Source: Deltaproteobacteria bacterium (GTDB lineage Bacteria > Desulfobacterota > Syntrophia > Syntrophales > UBA5619). From it: DNA of 40,811 nucleotides. Positions 15,695-24,827 of the stretch are shown piece by piece. The stretch spans positions 1-40,811 of the forward strand of contig JAPLJX010000494.1 of NCBI GenBank assembly GCA_026388375.1. Direction: 5' to 3'. Below the pieces are notes generated by a model. The model searched no databases. It was given only the letters and a program-made list of their open reading frames with translations, and had not been told where the DNA came from. Every line of letters starts with the position of its first letter. Position 1 is the first letter of the stretch. Made by a program: the position numbers and the translations under genes.

Positions 15695-17542
15695 ATGTTG
15701 GGTGGATACATCGGCCGGATCTTGTGGGTGGATTTGACGGCGGGCAAGTGGCATACGGAGCCTGTGACTGAGGATATGGCGAGAAAATGGGTGGGAGGAA
15801 GCGGTTTTGCGGCTTACACGGTGTTCAAGCATGTGCCCGCGAGCGCCGACCCTTTGGGGCCTGAGAATATCCTCTGCTTTTTTACCGGCCCTCTGACGGG
15901 GACTCTGGTTACCGCTTCTTCGCGGCACAGTGTGGCAGCCAAGTCCCCTCTGAGCGGGCGATGGGGCGAGGCCAGCGTCGGTGGAAGCTGGGGCCGGGCC
16001 CTGAAACAGGCCGGTTATGACGGGGTTGTCCTGACAGGCCGGGCGGCCGGACCCGTTTACTTGTGGATCAACGACGGCAAGGTAGAAATCCGGTCGGCCC
16101 ATGAGCTTTGGGGCCTGGATACCTACGAGACCTCGGAAAAGGTCAAAGGGCTGACCCATGCAAAGGCCGAAGTGTGCGCCATTGGTCCGGCCGGCGAACG
16201 GTTATTGCCCATTTCCGGTCTCTTTACCGATGGACACGAAGGACGCACGGCGGCACGGTGTGGTCTGGGTGCGGTATCCGGATCTAAAAAGGTTAAGGCG
16301 ATCGCCGTCTATGGCAGGCAAGTTCCTGCCTTGGCGGAGAAGGAATCCCTCCGGGAAAAGATGAAGGCGATAACCCCTTCCATTATGGAAAAGGCCAAGG
16401 GTCTCAGAAATTTCGGCACGGCGGGGCTGGTTACACCCTGTCACATGTTGGGGGATTTCCCGATCAAAAACTGGCAGGACGGCTTATGGGAAGAGGGATC
16501 CGCGAAAATAAGCGGACCAAAGTTGGCTGAAACCTATCTAACCGGACGTTTCCACTGCCCCGGTTGTGTAATAGGTTGCGGACGCCAGATAGCCATCAAC
16601 ACAGGACCCTATGCCGGGGTCAAGGGCGGAGGACCTGAATATGAAACCCTGGGGTTGTTTGGTGCGTCGTGTCTGATTGATGATTTGGGAGCCATCAGTT
16701 ATGCAAACGAGTTGTGCAACCGGTACGGGATCGATACCCTGGAGGTCGGCAACTTGGTGGCCTTTAGTATGGAGGCTTACGAAAAAGGCATCATCAGCAA
16801 GGAGGAGACCGGGGGGTTAGAAATACACTGGGGGGACCCTTCCGTGCTCATTGAACTGATCAGAGGCATGGGGGAAGGCAGGGGATTCGGTGCTATCCTC
16901 GGCGACGGTTTCCCGGCCGTGGTTAAACGCTTCGGCAAGAAAGCCAAAGACATCGCCATGACAGTCAAGGGCCTGGGCTTTCCGGCCCATGACCCCCGTG
17001 CGTACAACAGCGTCGCGGTCGGCTATGCCACCGCCAACCGCGGGGCCTGCCATCTGGAAGCCTTTAGTCACGTATTTGAGCGGAATCTATCCATGCCGGA
17101 ACTGGGCATTGAAGCGCCCATGGACCGGTTCCAGGTTGAGGGCAAAGGCGTTCTGACGGCCAAGGCTCAGAATCTCATGATGATCTTCGATTCTCTGGCT
17201 CTCTGCAAATTCCTGCTCATGGGCGGCATTCGCCTAAATGACCTGGTGGAATGGATTCCCCTGGTGACGGGACTCGCGTTCAGCCTCGAAGAATTGATGC
17301 AATGCGGGGAGCGCATCTTCAACCTGAAACGTCTTTTCAATGTACAATGCGGGGCAAGCCGCAAGGACGATATCCTGCCGACTCGAATTCTCGATGAAAA
17401 GCGCGGCAGCGGCGGCGCGGCCGATAACTTCCCGCCCCTGGATAAGATGCTTGACGAATATTATGCCTATCGCGGCTGGGACTCCAACGGCATCCCCACC
17501 CCCGACAGGCTGAAAATGCTGGGATTAAGCGGGAGCCGGTAG
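15695..17542 (+). CDS. aor: Aldehyde:ferredoxin oxidoreductase (tungstopterin AOR family)
   Basis: The N-terminus GRILWVDLTAGKWHTEPV...KWVGGSGFAAY matches the AOR family, as do the length of about 615 aa and the CPGCVIGCGR cluster motif. Confidence 0.9.
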   Translation: MLGGYIGRILWVDLTAGKWHTEPVTEDMARKWVGGSGFAAYTVFKHVPASADPLGPENILCFFTGPLTGTLVTASSRHSVAAKSPLSGRWGEASVGGSWGRALKQAGYDGVVLTGRAAGPVYLWINDGKVEIRSAHELWGLDTYETSEKVKGLTHAKAEVCAIGPAGERLLPISGLFTDGHEGRTAARCGLGAVSGSKKVKAIAVYGRQVPALAEKESLREKMKAITPSIMEKAKGLRNFGTAGLVTPCHMLGDFPIKNWQDGLWEEGSAKISGPKLAETYLTGRFHCPGCVIGCGRQIAINTGPYAGVKGGGPEYETLGLFGASCLIDDLGAISYANELCNRYGIDTLEVGNLVAFSMEAYEKGIISKEETGGLEIHWGDPSVLIELIRGMGEGRGFGAILGDGFPAVVKRFGKKAKDIAMTVKGLGFPAHDPRAYNSVAVGYATANRGACHLEAFSHVFERNLSMPELGIEAPMDRFQVEGKGVLTAKAQNLMMIFDSLALCKFLLMGGIRLNDLVEWIPLVTGLAFSLEELMQCGERIFNLKRLFNVQCGASRKDDILPTRILDEKRGSGGAADNFPPLDKMLDEYYAYRGWDSNGIPTPDRLKMLGLSGSR

Positions 17543-17596
17543 GAAAATGGAAGCGAGCCGACAGTATGGAAGCATGGATGGAAAGGAGCAAAGATC

Positions 17597-18757
17597 ATGA
17601 GCGCTGATAATTTTATCTTCAGGATGACGACAACCGTGATGTTTGGCAAGGGTATCGTCGACCAATTGCCGGCCAAGGTGCAAGAGTTTAAGAAAGAAAG
17701 AGTTTTAATCGTTACCGACAAGGGCGTCCGGCAGGCAGGTCTGCTGGCGCCCATCGAAAAATCTCTGGTAGACGCCGGTCTCCATGTCGCCGTTTTTGAT
17801 GATGTCGAACCAGATCCAGGGCTGGACACCATTCACCGGGGCGCCGCCTTTTTTAAGGAACGGCAGGGTGATTTTCTTGTCGCGCTCGGTGGAGGCAGTC
17901 CCATGGATACGGCCAAAGGTATCCGAATACTGGCCGATAACGGGGGGAATATCCGGGACTATGCCGGGCTGAACAAAGTGCCCGGCAGGTCTTCCATTCC
18001 GTTGGTCACGATACCGACCACGTCGGGTACGGGTAGCGAAGTCACCATTTTCGCTGTTCTTTCCGATTGGGAGCAAAACGTAAAAATCACCATCAGCAGC
18101 CCTTACCTTGCCGCGGAACTGGCGATTGTGGATCCTTTGCTGACCCTCTCCGCGCCACCGCGGATTACCGCGGCCACGGGCATAGACGCGCTGGCCCATG
18201 CCATTGAAACCTATGTGTCGAATCTGGCCCAACCCCCGGCTGACGCCCTGGCCTTGAGAGCGATTGAAGTAATCGGCGCGAACCTCCGGGCGGCGGTAGC
18301 CAACGGCAGCAAGCCGGAGCCCCGGGCGGAAATGTCTCTCGGCAGCCTGCTGGCGGGAATGGCCTTTAATAATGGTTTCCTGGGGATTACCCATTCGCTG
18401 GGCGCCGCCTTAAGCGGTCACGCCCACGTCAGCCACGGGATCGCCATTGCTTCGCTCTTGCCTTATGTCATGGAATACAATGCCATGGCCAACCTGGAAA
18501 AACACTGGGATATTGCCTTGGCGTTGGGGGAGGAAGTCGAGGGGCTCAGTGTTCGGGACGGGGCCTTTGCAGCGGCCGAGGCTGTCCGTAACCTGGTCGA
18601 GGACATCAATTTACCGAGTCGCCTTCGGGAATTGGGGGTCAAAGAAGGGGATTTGGCGGGGATGGCCAAGAGCGCCATCGGCCACGGCATGGTCAAGATG
18701 AATCCCCGTCAGCCGAACGAGGCGGAGCTGCTGGCCATTTTGAAAAAAGCCCTTTAA
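17597..18757 (+). CDS. Iron-containing alcohol dehydrogenase (group III ADH)
   Basis: GGGSPMDTAK, the TTSGTGSE loop and the His-rich metal site (AHAIE, HSLGAALSGHAHVSHG) are present. Confidence 0.9.
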   Translation: MSADNFIFRMTTTVMFGKGIVDQLPAKVQEFKKERVLIVTDKGVRQAGLLAPIEKSLVDAGLHVAVFDDVEPDPGLDTIHRGAAFFKERQGDFLVALGGGSPMDTAKGIRILADNGGNIRDYAGLNKVPGRSSIPLVTIPTTSGTGSEVTIFAVLSDWEQNVKITISSPYLAAELAIVDPLLTLSAPPRITAATGIDALAHAIETYVSNLAQPPADALALRAIEVIGANLRAAVANGSKPEPRAEMSLGSLLAGMAFNNGFLGITHSLGAALSGHAHVSHGIAIASLLPYVMEYNAMANLEKHWDIALALGEEVEGLSVRDGAFAAAEAVRNLVEDINLPSRLRELGVKEGDLAGMAKSAIGHGMVKMNPRQPNEAELLAILKKAL

Positions 18758-18897
18758 TGGGCCAAACGTGTTAAAGGTTCATCATGACGCTTGTGCCGCG
18801 CAGGCGTCATGATGAACAGCCAGAGGAGGATTTGGGACGTCCGGGTGTCGTGGTTTTGCCGGACAATGAACGAAATGGGCGTATCGGAGGGGTGACG

Positions 18898-19773
18898 ATG
18901 GCGACCAATGCTGCGACAGTACAATGGATCTTTGGCAAGTATACCAGAGAAGACCTGATGAAAATGGACCCGATCGTGTTGCGGGGTTTGCTCCACGAGC
19001 GGACCCATCATATGATCGAGGTGCCTCTTTACCCTACGCTCCTCAAGTGGCGGGGCAGGGCCATCAAGAGCTTCGGCAGGCAAGCGCAACTCTGCTACGA
19101 GGTCTGGCGCGCCCGGGAATTCACAGATCGCGCTGACGACATTCAGTGGGTCAAGAAGTATCTTGCCATTGCCGAACAAATCCGCGCCGGGAAAAAACCG
19201 GAGCTGGACGAACCGCTGCCCGTCCCCTTCAGCAAGGCAGAAATGGTGGTGGTGAAAAAACTGATCTATGGTCGCCGTTCCTACCGGGATTACCTGAACA
19301 AGCCGATCCCGGATGAGATGCTGGAAACCATCTTGGAAGCGGGGCGCGCTGCCCCCATTGGCTGCAACCTGGGGCACCTTAAATTCATCGTGCTGCGGAC
19401 TCCCAAAGAAAGAGCGATGATCTGGAGCGATATTCCCACCCGCAGTTGCGGAGCGATCATCGTCCTGTGCCACGATAAGCGGGTCGCCGCCGTTGTGGGA
19501 CATGACAGGGTCGTCCCTCAGAACGCCGGATTTGATGCCGCCGCCGCCGGGGACCACATGCTGCTGATGGCGCACGCGCTCGGACTGGGCGGCTGCTGGC
19601 TCTCCGAAATGTATGGAGAAGGGGATACCACCGAGATTTTCAAAAAGAAGTATGGTCTTCCCGATTACATCGAGCCGGACCTGCATATCATTCTCGGTTA
19701 CCCCTCCATCGGCATTATCAAATCGTCACGCACGCCGCTCGAGGAGATGATCATTGAGAAACCTCAAAAATAA
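18898..19773 (+). CDS. Nitroreductase-family protein with an N-terminal extension of about 130 aa
   Basis: The C-terminal nitroreductase pattern is present (GRRSYRDYLNKPIPDEMLETILEAGRAAP...GLGGCWL). The start was chosen at the ATG preceded by GGAGGGG. Confidence 0.75.
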   Translation: MATNAATVQWIFGKYTREDLMKMDPIVLRGLLHERTHHMIEVPLYPTLLKWRGRAIKSFGRQAQLCYEVWRAREFTDRADDIQWVKKYLAIAEQIRAGKKPELDEPLPVPFSKAEMVVVKKLIYGRRSYRDYLNKPIPDEMLETILEAGRAAPIGCNLGHLKFIVLRTPKERAMIWSDIPTRSCGAIIVLCHDKRVAAVVGHDRVVPQNAGFDAAAAGDHMLLMAHALGLGGCWLSEMYGEGDTTEIFKKKYGLPDYIEPDLHIILGYPSIGIIKSSRTPLEEMIIEKPQK

Positions 19774-19785
19774 GCTGGGGGAAAA

Positions 19786-20370
19786 ATGGGAACCAAAGGG
19801 GAACTCATACCGCGGGCGGACGCCGTAAAGGCGGTCGCTCTGACCTGTCGGCGGATGGGAATGTTGCATGTTGCCTTTGCCGCAACGCTGGTCAAGGAGC
19901 TGGGGCAGGAAAAGGGCGAAGAGCTGACCACGAAGGCGATCAAGGAATATGCCCGCATGATCGGCGAGAAAAAGAAGGAGATCGCCATCGAACAGGATTG
20001 GGAACTGACCGAGGAAAACTTCAAGAAGCTCTCGGACCTGCCTGCATTCGGCATGCATGACGAGTATGAAGAAACCATAGAGGGCAGCGAAAAGCGTACC
20101 CGGGCTTACGGCTGCGTCATGTCCAAGGTGTGGCATGAATACGGGCAGGACAAACTGGGACGCATCTACTGCTATGTCGATCCTGCAAGTGTCATGACTT
20201 TTAATCCTGAGTTCAAGATGGTGCATACCAAAACCGTGCCGGACGGCGATCCCTTCTGTGAACTGACATTCAGAAGCACCAGCGAAAAGGATAAGAAAGA
20301 GCTTCGGAAGAAGACTACCAACTTTCAGGCTATCGAAGGAGGAATAACCCAAAAACCAAAGAAGACGTAA
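19786..20370 (+). CDS. L-2-amino-thiazoline-4-carboxylic acid hydrolase-like (ATC_hydrolase family) protein
   Basis: The C-terminal pattern is YGCVMSKVWHEYG...IYCYVDPASVMTFNPEF...VPDGDPFCELTF. The last 15 codons or so run into sequence that elsewhere in the window is intergenic. Confidence 0.5.
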   Translation: MGTKGELIPRADAVKAVALTCRRMGMLHVAFAATLVKELGQEKGEELTTKAIKEYARMIGEKKKEIAIEQDWELTEENFKKLSDLPAFGMHDEYEETIEGSEKRTRAYGCVMSKVWHEYGQDKLGRIYCYVDPASVMTFNPEFKMVHTKTVPDGDPFCELTFRSTSEKDKKELRKKTTNFQAIEGGITQKPKKT

Positions 20371-20387
20371 ATGCCGGAAGACAGGAC

Positions 20388-20505
20388 AAAGGGAGGATCG
20401 TCCGTTCGGTCTCCTTGGCGGCGGCCGCACCGTTTGCGGCGGGAATTTCTTCCGCGTCGCGTTCGGCTCCCTCGGGTGAAAATCAAATTCAGCTGATTGA
20501 TGAAG
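20388..20505 (+). pseudogene. Relic of the 3' end of a paralogous MhpD-family hydratase gene
   Basis: It aligns by eye to 12355-12475, including a 24-nt exact run (20421-20444 = 12388-12411) and the stop-codon region (AAATCAAATTCAG[A/C]TGATT). Indels break the frame. Confidence 0.7.
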
Positions 20506-20605
20506 AGTAGGTTTATGGAATTTCATTACGCAACCATCTTGACGCGGATGCTCCAGTGTAGGGCAGCCCTTTATCGTGAAGGTTTAAGATAGGATCTGCA
20601 AAACG

Positions 20606-20644
20606 GGGTATCCCGGATCGCCCCTGGAATTGAAGGGGATACCC
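20606..20644. promoter_or_regulatory. Palindrome GGGTATCCC-N21-GGGATACCC upstream of the SDR gene
   Basis: Perfect 9-bp arms read directly from the sequence, about 45 nt upstream of the ATG at 20688. Confidence 0.35.
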
Positions 20645-20687
20645 TGATTTGCCTTTGTACGAAATAAATCAAAGGAAGTGAACCAGA

Positions 20688-21443
20688 ATGGAACAACAGG
20701 ATCTGATGGGGCAGGTGGCGATTGTAACAGGGTCCGGGAAAGGCCTGGGCTGGGCCATTGCCGAGCGCCTCGCCAAGGATGGAGCCAACATAGTCATTGT
20801 TGAGATCGACCGGCAAAGTGGAGAAGAGAAGGCTATCGCGATTCAAAGGATGGGCCGGGAAGCTTTGGCGATTCAGACCGATGTCTGCAAGTGGCCTGAT
20901 GTAGAGAATATGGTCAACAAAACCATGGCCAAGTTCAAGCAGGTCGATATCCTTATCAATAATACGGGGATTATGGGTCCCTATCATCCGGTGATGGAAT
21001 ATCCGGAGGATATCTGGGACAAAGTAATTGCAGTTCATTTAAAAGGGACCTTCCTTTGTTGCAAATGCGTTCTTCCGATCATGAAGGATCAGAAGAGCGG
21101 GAAGGTGGTGAACATGGGGTCAGTGGCGGGAAAAGAAGGGAACGCCAACATGTCTCCCTATGCTACCGCCAAGGCGGGAATCATCGGCCTGACCAAGACA
21201 TTGGGAAAGGAGATGGCCCCGTTCAATGTGCGGGTCAACTGCGTTTCTCCGGCCTTGATCGATACGGACATGGCCAGAGAGATGACCCCGGAACAGCGAG
21301 CTCTCCTGACCTCGAAGATTCCCATGGGGCGGCTGGGGAAACCAGAAGAAGTCGCCGCCGTTGTCAAGTTTTTAGTTTCTGATGAATCTTCCTTCGTGAC
21401 CGGTCAATGCTACGATATCAGCGGGGGAAGGTCGGTGTATTAG
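20688..21443 (+). CDS. SDR-family oxidoreductase (FabG-like 3-oxoacyl reductase)
   Basis: TGSGKGLGWAI, NNTGI and the catalytic YATAKAG motif are present. Confidence 0.9.
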   Translation: MEQQDLMGQVAIVTGSGKGLGWAIAERLAKDGANIVIVEIDRQSGEEKAIAIQRMGREALAIQTDVCKWPDVENMVNKTMAKFKQVDILINNTGIMGPYHPVMEYPEDIWDKVIAVHLKGTFLCCKCVLPIMKDQKSGKVVNMGSVAGKEGNANMSPYATAKAGIIGLTKTLGKEMAPFNVRVNCVSPALIDTDMAREMTPEQRALLTSKIPMGRLGKPEEVAAVVKFLVSDESSFVTGQCYDISGGRSVY

Positions 21444-21531
21444 AAAAAAGGCGCCGGGTCCAAAATCGTGGTGCTGGGCAAAAGCGAAAGGATAAAGGGA
21501 AAAGAACGATCAACAAGAAAGGGAGGTTCAT

Positions 21532-22515
21532 ATGAAGAGGCTGCTGTTTGTGTTGCTGTCGATCAGTCTAGTTTTCTTGGTTTCGCAACCTTCTTGGGCG
21601 CTCGATGCCCAGAAGCTCAGAATCGCGACGATGGAGATGGGGAGTTCCTGGTACGTTTACGGAGGCGCCATGGCCAGCGTCCTCCGAAAAGAGTTACCTG
21701 GGGGATCGGTCATCGATGTCCTTCCATACGCTGGTGGAGGGAATATGAACTTAGTCTCAACGGGCGACGTGGAATTGGGTTTGGGATTTCCGGTTGCCGG
21801 AAAATGGGCGTTTGAGGGGCAAATGGCTTACGATAAAAAAATGCCGAACCTGCGAGGTTTGGTGGGCGGGTTCGATGAGTATTATGTGGGAATCGTAGCC
21901 ACCAAGAAATCTAAGATTACCTCGCTCGAGGATGTCGCTAAAAAGAAAATGCCGATTCATCTAGCCACGGTGCCCACAGGGGGCGTGGGAGAATTCGCCT
22001 GCCGCCAGATCATGGAGGCCGTCGGCGCACCCTACAAGACCATTGAATCCTTCGGCGGAAAGGTCACCCACACCTCTTTCGGAGTCATTACCAAAATGAT
22101 GGTGGACGGCCAAGCTGATGTGTTCATGCAGGTGGTGACCGCCGGCCACCCGGCCATGACGGAAATTGCCATTACGGCCGATGTCGTTTTCCTCGGCCTG
22201 AGCGACGAAGTCGTCAAAAAATTATCGGCCTTGGGATGGAGCCCCGCTACCCTTCCGGCCAAAACCTTCCAGGGGCAAACGACCCCCGTTCACACGATCG
22301 GGACCACGACCAGCCTCATTGCTTCGGATAAATTACCCAACGACACGGCTTACGCGGTCACCAAGGCCCTCTGTGAGAACCGCGACGCCCTCGGCAAGGG
22401 ACATGCCGGATTGAAATACTTCAATCCCCAAGTCGCATGGAAGCCGGCGAACCTCGGGGTACCCCTTCATCCGGGGGCCGAAAAGTATTACAAGGAAAAG
22501 GGCTGGATGAAGTAA
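21532..22515 (+). CDS. TAXI-family TRAP transporter solute receptor
   Basis: A signal peptide is present. SSWYVYGGAMASVL and the C-terminal PLHPGAEKYYKEKG are hallmarks of TAXI receptors. Confidence 0.85.
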   Translation: MKRLLFVLLSISLVFLVSQPSWALDAQKLRIATMEMGSSWYVYGGAMASVLRKELPGGSVIDVLPYAGGGNMNLVSTGDVELGLGFPVAGKWAFEGQMAYDKKMPNLRGLVGGFDEYYVGIVATKKSKITSLEDVAKKKMPIHLATVPTGGVGEFACRQIMEAVGAPYKTIESFGGKVTHTSFGVITKMMVDGQADVFMQVVTAGHPAMTEIAITADVVFLGLSDEVVKKLSALGWSPATLPAKTFQGQTTPVHTIGTTTSLIASDKLPNDTAYAVTKALCENRDALGKGHAGLKYFNPQVAWKPANLGVPLHPGAEKYYKEKGWMK

Positions 22516-22590
22516 GGCCAAAGAGGTTTCCGAAACGACCGCTGAAGATCGGTTCAATCTAAGGATGGAATGAAAGGAGAGGATTGATTT

Positions 22591-24401
22591 ATGGCTGAAA
22601 CTCGGGGGTGGGGCGCACGCTTAAAACCATTAGCAATCGTTGCCTTTCTGTGGTCATGTTTCCAGCTCTACGTGATCTTCGCTGGGTTCATGGATCCCAT
22701 GATTCTCAACCCGGTCCACACGGTTTTCGGAATCGCCGTGGGCATTCTGGCCAAGCCCCTTTCAGTGAAGAACCGGATACTCCGAGGGTTGGATTATGTT
22801 TTGGTTTTCCTCATCGGCGGGGTTGGCCTATACATGGTTGCCAACTTCGAACGGATATCCACCCGCATTCCCTTTGTCCAGGCTCTGGAACCGATGGATT
22901 ACGCCGTCGGGATTATCCTGGTTTTGCTACTTTTAGAGGTCTGTCGCCGCACCGTGGGGTACAGCCTGACCATCGTGGTCGTGGTATTTGTTATTTACGG
23001 CTTTTGGGGCAGCAACCTCCCCGGCCTCCTCGCCCACCGCGGGATTCCCCTGGAAAAATTCATTGACCTTCAGGCTTTTTCCAGCGGCGGCATATACGGC
23101 CTTCCTTTGGGTGTCTCCGCCGAAATGGTCTTTTATTTTATCCTTTTCGGGACGTTTCTCGAAAGGAGCGGCGGCGGCGCCCTGTTCACGGACCTTGCAA
23201 TTCTGGTTACCGGAAAATTTCGCCCGTAGTCGGCATGTTTACCATTCCGCTGATGAAAAAAACGGGGTTTCAACCCGCCTTTGCCGGCGCCGTGGAGGCT
23301 GTGGCCTCGACCGGAGGGCAGATCATGCCTCCGATCATGGGCGCGGCGGCGTTCATCCTGGCCCAGATTCTCGGGATCTCGTACTGGAAAGTGGCCGCGG
23401 CCGCGGTGATTCCGGCCCTCCTGTATTATATCGCCCTCTACGCCGCCATTGACTTTAAAAGCATGCAGAATGGCCTAGTGGGCCTTACCAAAAATGAACT
23501 TCCCGACGTTCGCGGCGGGATTCTCAAACGGATTCACCTCATGATTCCGCTGATGCTCCTGATCTACTACATCGTCAGCTTTACCGCGACCCCTGTGACC
23601 GCCGCGGCCCGGGCCATTCTGGCCGTTGTCGTCGTGAGTTTTATAAGGCGAGAGACCCGGATGGGGCCGGGAAAGATATTCGACGCCATGGAAAAGGGTG
23701 CCCGGGAAGCCGTTACGGTCGCCATTCCGTGCGCGGTGGCCGGAGTGCTCATTGGGGTCGTCATTTTTTCCGGACTGGCGTTAAAACTGACCGACATCCT
23801 GATTGCTTTATCCGGCGGCAAGCTCTTACTTGCTCTTATCCTGGTAATGGTGGCGGTCATCATCCTGGGCATGGGGATGCCGACCAGTGCGGCTTATCTC
23901 ATTGCCGCCATTCTACTGGCTCCGTTGCTGATCAAACTGGGAGTGATGCCTCTGGCCGCCCACATGTTCATTTTCTATTTTGCGGTCATTTCCATGATCA
24001 CCCCCCCGGTCGCCCTGGCTTCCTTCGTTGCTGCGGGGATGGCCGAATCAGACCTCTGGGAAACGGGGCTGGAAGCCTTCAAAATTGCTATGCCGAGTTT
24101 CCTGGTTCCCTTCGTGGTCGTTTATAACCCCGGGTTGATCCTGGAAGGACCCCTATGGGATATCATTTGGGGAACCTTCACGACCATGATCGGCGTAATC
24201 GCACTGTCGGCTTCGCTCATCGGTTTCTTCTTCCGCAAGGCCCGATCCTGGGAGCGGGCCGTCCTTCTTGGGGGGGGCCTTCTCCTGATCGTTCCGGAGA
24301 TCATCACCGATCTTATCGGAATCGCCGTGATAGGGGGGGTTCTGGCGGTACAACTGCGACGGCCTTCCGATCTGGTCAAACGAGAGATCCCCGCTTCCTG
24401 A
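22591..24401 (+). pseudogene. TAXI-type TRAP fused permease (DctQM fusion), split into two frames by an internal deletion/frameshift near 23225
   Basis: ORF 22591-23229 ends in LVTGKFRP-stop. ORF 23235-24401 starts at (PVVG)MFTIPLMKKTGFQPAFAGAVEAVASTGGQIMPPIMGAAAF. The conserved GGPAKVAV..S..G.ISGS..AN block that normally joins these segments is missing, and the frames differ. Confidence 0.75.
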
Positions 24402-24514
24402 AAGCGGATGGAAAAACGATATTGGAGGATGTTCTATTTGAATTCGGACGTTGAAATAAATTTGCTGGAAAAGACGGAGCTCTGGATCGAAGGCGTTACC
24501 TTGCAGAATGCCCG
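24315..24514 (+). repeat. Direct repeat copy 1 (permease 3' end, intergenic region and first ~25 codons of the MoCF-domain gene)
   Basis: It aligns to 26103-26300, including a 27-nt exact run (24366-24392 = 26154-26180) and a shared AAGACGGAGCTCTGGAT. Confidence 0.8.
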
Positions 24515-24695
24515 GGACCCGCCGGGTGAGGTGACCTACGCGATTGTCAAAAGCATCGGCCAGAATTTTGGCCGATATGGTAAATCGGTAAAACCCATGG
24601 CCTTGGGAAAATGTGAAACCATGGCCGATGACATTGGAATGCCCGTTCAGCTGGGTGCCTGGAAATACTACAAAGAAAAGAACTTAATAAAATAG
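24438..24695 (+). pseudogene. Chimeric ORF: 5' end of the MoCF-domain gene fused in frame to the 3' end of a TAXI receptor gene
   Basis: LNSDVEINLLEKTELWIEGVTLQNAR matches the N-terminus of the 26226 gene. EVTYAIVKSIG...IGMPVQLGAWKYYKEKNLIK matches the C-terminus of the TAXI receptor (DTAYAVTKALC...LGVPLHPGAEKYYKEKGWMK). Confidence 0.7.
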
Positions 24696-24827
24696 TGACT
24701 TGTGTCTTCCCTATAACTAATGAGCTCATAAAAGCCCAAAGTTGAGCTCTCGAGACTTTTTCGTTGGCCCTGATGGGAAGTGAAAAAATACTGTCGTATT
24801 AAAAAATAACCTTAAAGGAGAGTTATT

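Noticed and set aside
14363-16159. Minus-strand ORFs opposite dctM and the AOR 5' end (274 aa and 200 aa)
   Set aside because: They are shadow ORFs. The products are hydrophilic and low-complexity, while the plus strand encodes a canonical polytopic permease and AOR.
18754-20526. Minus-strand ORFs 18754-19686 (310 aa) and 19726-20526 (266 aa)
   Set aside because: They are antisense to the nitroreductase and ATC-hydrolase-like genes. The second also runs across the hydratase relic and non-coding DNA. No motifs are present.
24408-24437. The ATG at 24408 as the start of a genuine 95-aa gene
   Set aside because: The first 10 codons correspond to the spacer that is non-coding in the second repeat copy. 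The homologous start is the TTG at 24438, and the whole ORF is a fusion of two gene fragments.
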